Shown here piece by piece: positions 19,158 through 31,126 of a DNA stretch of 64,000 bases. How positions within the stretch are numbered: the first letter of the stretch is position 1; each line of letters opens with the position of its first letter. Both the position numbers and the translations under genes were made by a program. A model generated the notes under the pieces. The model saw only the letters and a program-made list of their open reading frames with translations. It did not search any database and was not told the origin of the DNA. This DNA comes from Burkholderiales bacterium (GTDB lineage Bacteria; Pseudomonadota; Gammaproteobacteria; Burkholderiales; SG8-39), in NCBI GenBank assembly GCA_036560705.1, contig DATBQR010000016.1, positions 3,133-67,132 on the forward strand, written 5' to 3'.

Positions 19158-20134
19158 AACCCGAGGCGGGTTCCACGGCGAGTTCCGCGGCGGGTTCCGG
19201 GGCGGGTTCCTATACAGCACCGTGGTGGCTGCCCGGCGGCCACCTGCAGACCATCGCGGCGGCGCTCGCGCCCGCGCCGCGCATCGACTGGTTCCGCGAG
19301 CGCTGGGAAACGCCGGACGGCGATTTCATCGACCTCGACTGGGCCGGCCGGGACGTCAACGCCGATGGACCGCTGCTCGCGCTGTTCCACGGCCTGGAAG
19401 GCAGCTCCGCCAGCCGTTACGCGCGCGCCATCGCCGCGCAGGCCGTGGCCGGGGGCTGGCGCTGCGTGGTGCCGCACTTTCGCGGCTGCTCGGGGGAACT
19501 CAATCGCCTGCCGCGCGCCTATCACTCCGGCGACAGCGCGGAAATCGGCTGGATCCTGCGCCGCCTGGATGCCCGCCATGCCGCCGGAATTTCCCTGGGA
19601 GGCAACGCCTTGCTCAAGCTGCTGGGAGAACAAGGCGCCGAAGCGCGGCTCGCAAGGGCGGTCGCCATATCGGCCCCGCTCGATCTCGCCGCCGCCGGCC
19701 GTTCGCTGGACCGCGGCCTGAGCCGCGAGATCTACACCCGGATGTTCCTCAAGACGCTCAGGGAAAAGACTTTCGAGAAAATAAGGCGAAACATGATTTC
19801 CGTCGACGCCCGGCGCGTCGCGAACGCCCGCACCTTCTGGGAATTCGACGACGCCGTCACGGCGCCGCTGCATGGCTTCCTCGGCGCCGACGACTACTGG
19901 ACGCGCTCCTCGAGCGGGCCGTGGCTCGGCCGCATCCGCGTGCCGACGCTGGTTCTGAACGCGCGCAACGATCCGTTCATGCCCGCGGCAGCGCTGGATG
20001 CGGTAGCGAACGGGCTTCGTGATATATCTTCGAGGGTGACGCTGGAATTTCCCCGCACCGGCGGCCATGCCGGGTTTCCCGGCCGCAACCGATGGCTGGC
20101 GCGCCGTGTGCTCGAGTTCCTCTCCGCCCCATGA
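19154..20134 (+). CDS. alpha/beta hydrolase (YheT-like)
   Basis: TTG at 19154 overlaps the preceding stop. …YTAPWWLPGGHLQTI… and the GISLGGN nucleophile elbow. No in-frame ATG or GTG is available upstream. Confidence 0.8.
   Translation: MKPEAGSTASSAAGSGAGSYTAPWWLPGGHLQTIAAALAPAPRIDWFRERWETPDGDFIDLDWAGRDVNADGPLLALFHGLEGSSASRYARAIAAQAVAGGWRCVVPHFRGCSGELNRLPRAYHSGDSAEIGWILRRLDARHAAGISLGGNALLKLLGEQGAEARLARAVAISAPLDLAAAGRSLDRGLSREIYTRMFLKTLREKTFEKIRRNMISVDARRVANARTFWEFDDAVTAPLHGFLGADDYWTRSSSGPWLGRIRVPTLVLNARNDPFMPAAALDAVANGLRDISSRVTLEFPRTGGHAGFPGRNRWLARRVLEFLSAP
19166..19213. repeat. 4 x 12-nt in-frame tandem repeat at the 5' end of the hydrolase gene
   Basis: gcgggttccacg gcgagttccgcg gcgggttccggg gcgggttcctat. 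It encodes AGST ASSA AGSG AGSY. Confidence 0.7.
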
Positions 20135-21500
20135 ACCTGCCCGCAGAAATCTTCCGCGCCTACGACATCCGCGGCATCGCCGGCAAAACCCTCACGCCGG
20201 CCGCGGTGTTCGAAATCGGTCGCGCGCTGGGCGCCCTGGGGCGCGAGCGTGAAGCGCCCACCTTCGCCGTCGGCCGCGACGGCCGGCTTTCGGGTCCCGG
20301 GCTGGCTGCCGCGCTGATGGACGGGTTGAACGCCGCGGGCGCGGGCGCGATCGATCTCGGCATGGTGCCGACGCCGGTGGCCTACTTCGCCGCGCACCAC
20401 CTCGGCTGCGCGAGCGCGGTGATGGTGACCGGCAGCCACAATCCGCCCGCGTACAACGGCCTCAAGATGGTGGTCGCGGGCGAAACGCTGTTTGGCGAGG
20501 CGATCCAGGCATTGCGCCGGCGCATAGAGGCAGGCGTCCCCGTCTTGGCGACGGGCAAGAGGACCGCGGCGAACGTGCTGGATGCCTACGTGGACCGCAT
20601 CGCGGGCGACGTCAGGCTCGCGCGGCCCTTCAGGATCGCGGTGGATTGCGGCAACGGGGTCGCCGGCGTAGTCGCGCCGCGCCTGTTCCGGCGCCTGGGC
20701 TGCGAAGTGGAGGAACTGTTCTGCGAAGTCGACGGCAATTTCCCCAACCACCATCCCGACCCTTCCCAGCCCAAGAACCTGGAGGATCTTGTTTCCGCCC
20801 TCGGCGAGGGCCGTTCGGAAATAGGCCTTGCCTTCGACGGCGACGGCGACCGGCTCGGCGTCGTGACACAAAGCGGGAAGGTCATTTTTCCTGACCGCCA
20901 GCTGATGCTCTATGCAAGGGACGTGCTCGCCCGCAACCCCGGCGCCGAAATCATCTACGACGTGAAATGCACCCGGCTGCTGGCACCCTGGATCGAGCGC
21001 CACGGCGGTCGCCCGCTGATCTGGAAGACCGGGCATTCGTTCATCAAGGCAAAGCTGCGGGAAACCGGCGCGCCGCTCGCCGGCGAGATGTCGGGACACA
21101 TCTTCTTCAAGGAGCGCTGGTACGGCTTCGACGACGCGCTCTACTGCGGTGCGCGGCTGCTGGAGATCCTGTCCCGGGAGACGGATGCGAACCTCGCGCT
21201 GGAGAGCCTGCCGGATGCGCCCTCCACGCCGGAGCTGAACTGGAAACTCGCGGAAGGCGAACCGCAGGCGGTCATGGAAAAGCTGAAGGCCCTGAAGCCG
21301 TTTTCCAGCGCAGCCCGCCTGCTGACCATCGACGGCGTGCGCGCCGAATTCAAGGATGGTTTCGGCCTGGCGCGGGCATCGAACACTTCGCCGGTGATCG
21401 TTCTGCGTTTCGAAGGCGACACGCCGCAGGCGCTGGCGCGCATACAAGAGGAATTCCGGGGAGTCCTGCAGCCCTTGAAGCCGGACGCTCCGCTACCCTA

Positions 21501-21504
<4 letters not shown>
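20131..21504 (+). CDS. algC: phosphomannomutase/phosphoglucomutase
   Basis: ATG at 20131 in an ATGA overlap. 457 aa, MNLPAEIFRAYDIRGIAG… with the TGSHNPPAYNG active-site loop. Confidence 0.93.
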
Positions 21505-22973
<1,469 letters not shown>

Positions 22974-23054
22974 GCCCAGTTTTTCGAAACCTGAGCTAAT
23001 GACGTAATGCCTTGAAAACTAAAGAAGTCGGATTATACCCCTTTAGGGGCGCGT

Positions 23055-23459
23055 TTACGGCGAGATCACGAGCTGCGTTTGCGTGACCAAGGCCACCAGC
23101 TTGCCCGCCTCGCTGCGGATCGTGGTCTGGCAAACCACCGTGGTGCGGCCCTTGTGTACCGGGACGGCCTCGCCGGTCACCCGCGTGCCCATCGGCGCAC
23201 CGCCGATGAAATTGGTCTTCGACTCGATCGTCGTAGTGCGCGCCCCCTGCGGCATGTTGAGGATCGCCGCCACCGCGCCCAGCGTGTCGGCAAACGCCAT
23301 GATCGCGCCGCCGTGCAGGCTGTCGCCGATGGTGCACAGGTCCTTGCGCACGGCCAGGCGCGCCACCACCTTGTCGGGCGTCACGTCGGTGAACTCGATC
23401 CCGAGCAGGTCGGGCAGCAGGCCCTTGAAGCGTTCCCGCATCGACGCGGCGAAGTCCAT
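23055..23459 (-). CDS. PaaI-family hotdog-fold thioesterase
   Basis: 134 aa, …LHGGAIMAFADTLGAVAA…TTIESKTNFI… typical of PaaI/YdiI thioesterases. Confidence 0.85.
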   Translation of the reverse strand: MDFAASMRERFKGLLPDLLGIEFTDVTPDKVVARLAVRKDLCTIGDSLHGGAIMAFADTLGAVAAILNMPQGARTTTIESKTNFIGGAPMGTRVTGEAVPVHKGRTTVVCQTTIRSEAGKLVALVTQTQLVISP

Positions 23460-23460
23460 C

Positions 23461-23991
23461 TCAGTTGATGGTGCGCCTGCTGCGCTCGGGCGGCGCTTCC
23501 TGCGGCTCGACGCCGGGAAGCTTCAGATCCATGTCCCAGTCGCTTTTCTTCACCGCCGCCTGCAGCAGGCGGCACACCGAATGCAGCAGCACCGGGTCGA
23601 GCGTGAGGGTGACGCCCTGGCCCTCGGTCGGATGCATCGCCACCACCGGGTGGCCGTTCGGGTCGTGGCCGGTCTGGATGCGGGCGAGCAGCAGCGGCTC
23701 CGCGCCCAGCGGCGTGGCGCGCGTGCTGTCGTCGTAGGGCTTGGAAAAATTCGCCTTCGACACCGCCTGCTCGTGTTCGATGTTGAGCAGCGCCTTGCGC
23801 GCCTCCGGGTTGGGCTGCGTGCGGATGCGCGGACTCGCCTCCTCGGCAAGCTTGACCAGCAGCGGCCAGAGCAGCTTCACGAACCGGCGCGTGAGCCACA
23901 TGCGGACCTCGACCTTTTCGCTCGCCGCGATCAGCATCAGCAGGCGGTCCTGCTCGGCGGCGAAATCGATCTTGACCTGGTGCAGGCGCAT
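23461..23991 (-). CDS. hypothetical protein (176 aa)
   Basis: 302-aa ORF trimmed to the ATG at 23991 (MRLHQVKIDFAAEQDRLLMLIAAS…). The upstream part overlaps the GNAT gene and has junk composition. Its stop is 1 nt before the thioesterase start. Confidence 0.65.
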   Translation of the reverse strand: MRLHQVKIDFAAEQDRLLMLIAASEKVEVRMWLTRRFVKLLWPLLVKLAEEASPRIRTQPNPEARKALLNIEHEQAVSKANFSKPYDDSTRATPLGAEPLLLARIQTGHDPNGHPVVAMHPTEGQGVTLTLDPVLLHSVCRLLQAAVKKSDWDMDLKLPGVEPQEAPPERSRRTIN

Positions 23992-24016
23992 GGGATGAGT
24001 CGAATTGTAGAATGCT

Positions 24017-24487
24017 TTGATGCTGAAAATCGTCCCGGCGGCCACGCCGCAAGATATCGAGGATGTCCGCATGCTGTTCGGCGAATACGCCGGCCTGGTC
24101 GCGGAAGCCCTGAGTTTCCAGAACTTCGACGAGGAACGGGTCGCCCTGCCGGGGGAATATGGCCCGCCTGGGGGCACCCTCCTGATCGCCCGCGACGGGG
24201 AGATGCCTGCGGGTTGCGTAGCGCTGCGGCGGCTGGATTCCCGCACCGGCGAGATGAAGCGGATGTACGTACGCGCGCAGCACCGGGGCAGCGGCCTGGG
24301 ACGGCACCTCGCCGTCGAAGTGATCGAAGCGGCGAGGAAAGCGGGTTGCGCGCGCGTCGTGCTCGACACGCTGCCGAAGCTTGCGCCGGCGATTGCGCTC
24401 TACCGCGACCTCGGATTCCGGGAAACCGGGCCTTACCTGGCGTCGCCGACGCCGGGCGCGATCTGCTTCGAGCTCAAGTTTTCCTGA
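24017..24487 (+). CDS. GNAT family N-acetyltransferase
   Basis: 156 aa with an acetyl-CoA binding stretch, …MYVRAQHRGSGLGRHLAVEVIEAARKAG…. Confidence 0.85.
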   Translation: MMLKIVPAATPQDIEDVRMLFGEYAGLVAEALSFQNFDEERVALPGEYGPPGGTLLIARDGEMPAGCVALRRLDSRTGEMKRMYVRAQHRGSGLGRHLAVEVIEAARKAGCARVVLDTLPKLAPAIALYRDLGFRETGPYLASPTPGAICFELKFS

Positions 24488-24890
24488 TTTTTTCCAGCAA
24501 GGCGGTGCTGGAACGCTGGTGTTCGAAAGGAATCGAGACCACCCGTCCGCCGCGTCGCAGCGTTTCGACCGCGCCGACGATTTTTTCCGCCGGCCAGTCG
24601 CCCCCCTTGACCAGCACTTCCGGGCGCAGGATCTCGATCAGGGCCGCCGGCGTGTCCTCGTCGAACCAGGTGACCGCGTCCACTGCATGCAACGCCGCGA
24701 CCAGCGCCGTGCGGTCCTCGAGTCCGTTGACCGGGCGCCCGTCGCCCTTGCCCAGCCGGCGCGCCGAGTCGTCGCCGTTCAGCGCGACCACCAGCGCGGC
24801 GCCCAGCGCGCGCGCCTGGGCGAGATAGGTGACGTGGCCGCGATGCAGGAGATCGAAAACGCCGTTGGTAAACACCAGCGGCCGCGGCAA
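24474..24890 (-). CDS. hldC: D-glycero-beta-D-manno-heptose 1-phosphate adenylyltransferase (RfaE domain II)
   Basis: …LVFTNGVFDLLHRGHVTYL… cytidylyltransferase motif. The TTG at 24890 is the first canonical start and the true start is uncertain, see findings. Confidence 0.88.
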   Translation of the reverse strand: MPRPLVFTNGVFDLLHRGHVTYLAQARALGAALVVALNGDDSARRLGKGDGRPVNGLEDRTALVAALHAVDAVTWFDEDTPAALIEILRPEVLVKGGDWPAEKIVGAVETLRRGGRVVSIPFEHQRSSTALLEKIRKT

Positions 24891-24961
24891 CGCCGCGGCC
24901 CAGCGCGCGGCCTCGGCGGGCGGGCGGATTTTTGCTTCGAATTCCGGGCGAGCAGCCGCGC

Positions 24962-26256
<1,295 letters not shown>

Positions 26257-26634
26257 TTACTCGATGTACACCTCGAACTCGATCCGGCGTGCCGGATTCG
26301 GATGCTCGGAGAGCTTGCTCACCCTCGCGTGCATCGGCGTGCCCCGGTCCAGTCCCCAGGCGAGCGCCGCATTCTCGCGCCGCGGCACGTAGCCGAGCCT
26401 GCGGCCGCGCCACTCGACGCGCACCGCATTCGCATCGAACGGATTGTCCGCTTCGCGCACCAGATCGAGCGCGTCGCCGACCTGCAGCCTCTCCCAGACC
26501 GCCGCGCCCTCGCCGTAACGGAACCCCGCGAGCGGCGAGCTCTGCACCAGCAGCTGGATACCCTGTGCCTGCGCCGGGAGTGCCAGAAGAAAGAACAGCA
26601 GACTAAGCAGCAAACGCATTGCGGATCCATTCAA
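26257..26634 (-). CDS. HIRAN-domain protein with N-terminal signal peptide
   Basis: 125 aa. MRLLLSLLFFLLALPAQAQG, then a HIRAN-like core (…LAGFRYGEG…VGDALDLVREADNPFDANAVRVEW.GRRLGYVPRRENAAL…). The start may be at 26619. Confidence 0.75.
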   Translation of the reverse strand: MNGSAMRLLLSLLFFLLALPAQAQGIQLLVQSSPLAGFRYGEGAAVWERLQVGDALDLVREADNPFDANAVRVEWRGRRLGYVPRRENAALAWGLDRGTPMHARVSKLSEHPNPARRIEFEVYIE

Positions 26635-26944
26635 TCCGGCCGGCCTCGAGGGAGTCCAGCAGCAGCACGTCGAACCTGCAATCGGCGTCCGGCCGGCGCA
26701 TCAGGTAGAGCCTCGCGGCGGCGATCAGGCGGGCCTGCTTGGCCGTTGTAACGCTCTCGGCGGCACCGCCGAAGCGCCCGTCGCTCCGGTAGCGCACCTC
26801 GGCGAACACCAGGGTGCCGCCCTCCTCGGCCACGAGGTCGATTTCGCCATGCCGGCAGCGCCAGTTGCGCGCCAGCACCCGCAGGCCGGCCTTGTGCAGG
26901 AGTTCCGCACACAGTTCCTCGGCTCGCGCGCCGGCCCGGTTCAT
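26603..26944 (-). CDS. yraN: YraN family (UPF0102) endonuclease-like protein
   Basis: Long ORF trimmed to the ATG at 26944. 113 aa, MNRAGARAEELCAELLHKAGLRVLARNWRCRHGEIDLVAEEGGTLVFAEVRYR…. Confidence 0.85.
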   Translation of the reverse strand: MNRAGARAEELCAELLHKAGLRVLARNWRCRHGEIDLVAEEGGTLVFAEVRYRSDGRFGGAAESVTTAKQARLIAAARLYLMRRPDADCRFDVLLLDSLEAGRIEWIRNAFAA

Positions 26945-26986
26945 GGCAGTCTTAACGATCCGCCGCCGAACAAGGTTGACCCGCCT

Positions 26987-27826
26987 TTGACCTCGAATTT
27001 GCCGCCCCCCTCCGGAACGCTCTACGTCGTCGCTACGCCGATCGGCAATCTCGCCGATTCCAGCCCCCGCTCCATCGACATCCTGCGCGCGGCCGACGTC
27101 ATTGCCTGCGAGGACACCCGCACCTCGCGCACGCTGCTCGCGCACCACGGCATCGCGGCGCGAACTGTCGCGCTGCACGCGCACAACGAACGCGAGGCAG
27201 GCGGAAAACTGCTGCGCGCGCTGCGAGAGGGAAGCAATGTCGCGCTGGTGAGCGACGCGGGAACTCCGGGAATCTCGGATCCGGGCGCGCTGCTGGTGGC
27301 CGCTGCGCACCGCGAAGGACTGCGCGTGGTTCCGCTGCCCGGGCCGAACGCCGCGATTGCCGCGTTTTCCGCCTCGGGGTTTACCTCCGAAAGCTTTCAA
27401 TTCGTGGGCTTTCTTTCCACAAAAAAAAATAATCCATTCCAGGAGCTGGACGTCCCCTGGCCGGTGATCTTCTACGAAGCGCCGCACCGCGTGCTCGAGA
27501 CTGTTGCGGCGCTGCTCGAACGCTTCGGGCCGGCGCGCGAGCTGGTGATTGCCCGCGAGATCAGCAAGAAGTTCGAGGAAGTCGCGCGCATGCGGCTGGA
27601 AGCGGCGCCCACGTGGCTCTCCGGCGGGCCGCACCGCCGGCAGGGGGAATTCGTCCTGGTGCTGGGCCCGGGCGAGGAAAGACCTCCGCAACAGGCGGAA
27701 GGCGAGCGGGTTCTCGGCCTGCTAATGGAAAAAATGCCGGCCAGCGAAGCGGCGAAACTCGCCGCGCGGATCAGCGGGGTCCCCAGGAAAGCGTTGTATG
27801 CGCTGGCGGTGAAGCGATCCAAGTAA
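26987..27826 (+). CDS. rsmI: 16S rRNA (cytidine1402-2'-O)-methyltransferase
   Basis: …GTLYVVATPIGNLADSSPRSIDILRAADVIACEDTR… The start is uncertain (in-frame TTG at 26987 or 26999). Divergent from yraN as in E. coli. Confidence 0.9.
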   Translation: MTSNLPPPSGTLYVVATPIGNLADSSPRSIDILRAADVIACEDTRTSRTLLAHHGIAARTVALHAHNEREAGGKLLRALREGSNVALVSDAGTPGISDPGALLVAAAHREGLRVVPLPGPNAAIAAFSASGFTSESFQFVGFLSTKKNNPFQELDVPWPVIFYEAPHRVLETVAALLERFGPARELVIAREISKKFEEVARMRLEAAPTWLSGGPHRRQGEFVLVLGPGEERPPQQAEGERVLGLLMEKMPASEAAKLAARISGVPRKALYALAVKRSK

Positions 27827-27855
27827 AGCAAAGCGAACCACGTAAAATCCGCCTC

Positions 27856-28887
27856 ATGGACCGATTCACCATCACGCGCCCCGACGACTGGCACCTGCAC
27901 CTGCGCGACGGGCCGGCGATGGCCTCGGTGCTGGGCGACAGCGCGTCGCGCTTCGGGCGCGCCATCATCATGCCGAACCTGAAGTCGCCGGTGCGCACCA
28001 CCCAGCAGGCGCTGCACTATCGCGAACGGATCCTCGCGGAATTGCCGGACGGCTCCGCCTTCGATCCGCTCATGACGCTCTACCTTACCGACGACACGCC
28101 GCCCGAGGAGATCGCCCGCGCCAAGCTGTCCGGCCGCGTGCACGGCGTCAAGCTGTATCCGGCCGGCGCCACCACGCACTCGGATGAGGGCGTAACGCGC
28201 ATCTCGCGCTGCTTCGCGGCGCTGGAGAAGATGGAGCAGCTCGGCCTGCCGCTGCTGATCCACGGCGAAGTGACCGATCCGGCGGTGGACGTCTTCGATC
28301 GCGAGAAGGCGTTCGTCGACGAGGTGCTCGGGCCGATCGTCGAGCGGTTCCGGAACATGAAGGTGGTGCTCGAGCACGTCACCACGCGCGACGCCGTGCA
28401 GTACGTCGAGGTCACCGGTCCCAACGTCGCGGCGACGATCACGCCGCACCACCTGCTGCTCAACCGCAACGCGCTGTTCCTCGGCGGCATCCGCCCGCAC
28501 CACTATTGCCTGCCGGTGCTCAAGCGCGAGGAGCACCGCGAGGCGCTGGTCGAGGCCGCGATCTCCGGCAACCCGAAGTTCTTCCTCGGCACCGACAGCG
28601 CGCCGCATTCGCGCGAAACGAAGGAAGCCGCCTGCGGCTGCGCCGGCGTGTACAACGCGCACGCCGCGATCGAGCTCTACGCCGCGGCGTTCGAGGAGGC
28701 CGGCGCGCTGGACAGGCTGGAGAACTTCGCCAGCCGCTTCGGCGCCGAGTTCTACGGCCTGCCGCTCAACAAGGACACCATCACGCTGGTGCGCAAGGAG
28801 TGGACCGTGCCGAAGACCCTGCCCTTCGGCAAGGAAAAACTGGTGCCGCTGCGCGCGGGCGAAACGGTGCCGTGGAAGCTGGCCTGA
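27856..28887 (+). CDS. pyrC: dihydroorotase (homodimeric type)
   Basis: ATG at 27856. 343 aa, MDRFTITRPDDWHLHLRDG…, E. coli-type PyrC along the full length. Confidence 0.95.
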   Translation: MDRFTITRPDDWHLHLRDGPAMASVLGDSASRFGRAIIMPNLKSPVRTTQQALHYRERILAELPDGSAFDPLMTLYLTDDTPPEEIARAKLSGRVHGVKLYPAGATTHSDEGVTRISRCFAALEKMEQLGLPLLIHGEVTDPAVDVFDREKAFVDEVLGPIVERFRNMKVVLEHVTTRDAVQYVEVTGPNVAATITPHHLLLNRNALFLGGIRPHHYCLPVLKREEHREALVEAAISGNPKFFLGTDSAPHSRETKEAACGCAGVYNAHAAIELYAAAFEEAGALDRLENFASRFGAEFYGLPLNKDTITLVRKEWTVPKTLPFGKEKLVPLRAGETVPWKLA

Positions 28888-29639
28888 AAACGGGGCCCGG
28901 CCTGGTTTCCTGCGCCCACCCGATTTTTGATTCGGTAAGGTTCTGGTTCGAGAGGCTGAACGATTTTTCTCTCGAGAGTTTCAACCGACTGGCAGAAGAA
29001 TCAAAAATCACGACGGAAAGCGGCAAGCCCATCCGCTTTGTTCCGCCCTCGGCTTCCGATCCCTATTACGAAGTTCACGTTTACGAGACCGGGCGCGTGC
29101 AGACCCGCCCCGACAACAGGCACGATCTGTTCAACGCGCTTGCCTGGCTCTCGTTCCCGAAAACGAAGGCGCGCGTCAACGCGATGCATGCAGCGGAGAT
29201 CCCGCGGGAACGGGAGAACGGCGGCGGCAGGCGCGGGCGGCTGCGCGACCTGCTTACCATCTTCGACGAGGGCGGCGCCATCGTGGTTTGCGGCGGGGCG
29301 GTTGCGCAGCTAGTGCGCGAAGCAAGGTGGCGCGAGCTGTTTGTCGAGCGCCACCGCGATTTCCGCATCGTCGTGATCGGACACGCGGTGCTGGAGCAGG
29401 CCCTCGCGCCGCACCCCGGCATCACCTGCAAGGTGGTATTCGCCGAGCCGGGATCCGATCTCGACACGCAGGCCGCAAGCTGGCTCGCGACCGAAGGCAA
29501 GTCGCCCCGCGACCTGCCGCCGCTGCCGGTCTTCGGCTATCCGGGCTGGTTCGAGGGGAGCGGCAAGCCGGGCTTTTACTCGGACGAGCGGTACTTTCGT
29601 CCGCCACGGCACGCCAATGCGCAAGTGCGTTCCTGTTAA
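28872..29639 (+). CDS. conserved hypothetical protein (DUF3025-like, name from memory)
   Basis: The frame continues from inside pyrC. The in-frame GTG at 28872 (16-nt overlap with pyrC) is the closest canonical start before the conserved-looking body (…HDLFNALAWLSFPKTKARVNAMHA…). Confidence 0.7.
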   Translation: MEAGLKTGPGLVSCAHPIFDSVRFWFERLNDFSLESFNRLAEESKITTESGKPIRFVPPSASDPYYEVHVYETGRVQTRPDNRHDLFNALAWLSFPKTKARVNAMHAAEIPRERENGGGRRGRLRDLLTIFDEGGAIVVCGGAVAQLVREARWRELFVERHRDFRIVVIGHAVLEQALAPHPGITCKVVFAEPGSDLDTQAASWLATEGKSPRDLPPLPVFGYPGWFEGSGKPGFYSDERYFRPPRHANAQVRSC

Positions 29640-29648
29640 CATGCTCTC

Positions 29649-29993
29649 GGGAGTCGGCCAGGCAGTCGCTGTACCGCAAGGTGCAGAGGAAAGTCCGGGC
29701 TCCGTAGAGCGGGATGCGGGCTAACGACCCGGCGTGGCGACGCGACGAATAGGGCCACAGAGACGAGTCCCAGCCGCAAGGCTGGGGGTGAAACGCGGCA
29801 ACCTCCATCCGGAGCAACACCAAATAGGCAAGCAGGGCGACGAGGGCAACTTCGGCGCTGGAGGCCGGCTCGGTCGGGCTTGCGGGTAGGTGGCTTGAGC
29901 CCTTGAGCAATCAAGGGCCTAGAGGAATGACTGTCGGGGGGCCCCTCTTCGGAGGGTCTCCCGCCACAGAACCCGGCTTACCGGCCGGCTCCC
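29649..29993 (+). ncRNA. rnpB: RNase P RNA, bacterial type A
   Basis: Hallmark GAGGAAAGTCCGGGCTCC near the 5' end and ACAGAACCCGGCTTA near the 3' end. P1 pairing of GGGAGTCGGCC (29649-) with GGCCGGCTCCC (-29993). Ends are approximate, within a few nt. Confidence 0.92.
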
Positions 29994-30035
29994 ATTTTCC
30001 GCGTCAGATTGTGTGCGACAACGGGATAAATCCAC

Positions 30036-30065
30036 TTGCCCTTACGCCGGGCAGGCAGGGATAAT
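30036..30065 (+). promoter_or_regulatory. candidate sigma70 promoter (TTGCCC-18 nt-GATAAT) for the HD-domain gene
   Basis: Hexamers read directly from the sequence, about 20 nt upstream of the ATG at 30086. No experimental support. Confidence 0.3.
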
Positions 30066-30085
30066 CGTCCAGCTAAGCACCCCCC

Positions 30086-31033
30086 ATGCACGCCCGCCTC
30101 AATCAGAACGACGTCGCGAACCTGATCAACGTTGAAGACGCTGACCAGGTCCGGGATGCCGTGATCGCGCTGTTCGCCGCCCGCTATCCCGGGGCCGACC
30201 TGGCGCCGCTTGCCCGCGCTTTCGATGACGTGAAGGCGCTGTTCGAAGGCCACTACCCGGGCTATCTCCGCTGCGACACGCTGTATCACGATGCCCGCCA
30301 TACGCTGGACATGACCCTGGCGATGGCGCGGCTGGTGGAAGGCCACGACCGGGCGCTCCCCGGCGCCGAGCGGCTGGGCGCGCGCCGCGCCGTGCTGGGC
30401 GTGGTGCTCGCCCTGCTGCACGACTCGGGCTACATGCGCCGCGTCTCCGAATCCGAGGTCGAGAACGGCGCCGTATTCACCAAGGTGCATGTCAGCCGCA
30501 GCGCCGATTTCCTCTCTCGCTACCTGCCCACCATCGGCTTCGGTGCCGAGGCGGAAACGGCGGCCCGCCTGGTGCATTTCACCGGCTACGAAATGGACGT
30601 GGACGACATCAAGGTGTCGGAACCGAAAGACCGGCTGCTCGGCTACATGGTCGGCACCGCCGACCTGATCGGTCAGATGTCGGATCGCATGTATCTGGAG
30701 AAATGCCGCGAGTTTCTCTACCAGGAATTCGTGCTGGGCTCGATCGCGCGCGAGCAGCTTCCCGACGGGCGCGAAATCGTGCGCTACTCGTCGCCCGAGG
30801 ACCTCATCTACAAGACGCCCGGCTTCTACGAATACGTCGCGCGCGACCGCATCAACCGCAAGCTTGGCGCGGCCGACCGCTGGGCCGAAGCGCATTTCGA
30901 CGGCCCGAACCTCTACCAGGCGGAAATCGACAGCAACATGAGCTACCTGCGCGAAGCGATCGAAAGCGCGGACCTCAACCGCCTGCGCCGTACCTGCTAC
31001 TCGCTGTCCAGCCGGCACATTAAAGCCGCCTGA
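30086..31033 (+). CDS. HD-superfamily (metal-dependent phosphohydrolase-like) protein
   Basis: 315 aa. Candidate HD-type residues …LYHDARHTLD…, …ALLHDSGY…, …GTADLIGQ…. No finer family recognised. Confidence 0.8.
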   Translation: MHARLNQNDVANLINVEDADQVRDAVIALFAARYPGADLAPLARAFDDVKALFEGHYPGYLRCDTLYHDARHTLDMTLAMARLVEGHDRALPGAERLGARRAVLGVVLALLHDSGYMRRVSESEVENGAVFTKVHVSRSADFLSRYLPTIGFGAEAETAARLVHFTGYEMDVDDIKVSEPKDRLLGYMVGTADLIGQMSDRMYLEKCREFLYQEFVLGSIAREQLPDGREIVRYSSPEDLIYKTPGFYEYVARDRINRKLGAADRWAEAHFDGPNLYQAEIDSNMSYLREAIESADLNRLRRTCYSLSSRHIKAA

Positions 31034-31126
31034 GTTTGTGGGGTTTATCACACCCCGCTGAATTTTCTGCCCTTTTTGCCATTTGCCCACTTGTCGGTGG
31101 GGGTATCGGCGTGGCAAAAGCAGGGC

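Noticed and set aside
29422-29914. Small minus-strand ORFs (162 aa, 92 aa) over 29422-29914
   Set aside because: The region is RNase P RNA (GAGGAAAGTCCGGGCTCC … ACAGAACCCGGCTTA with P1 pairing). The ORFs are incidental.
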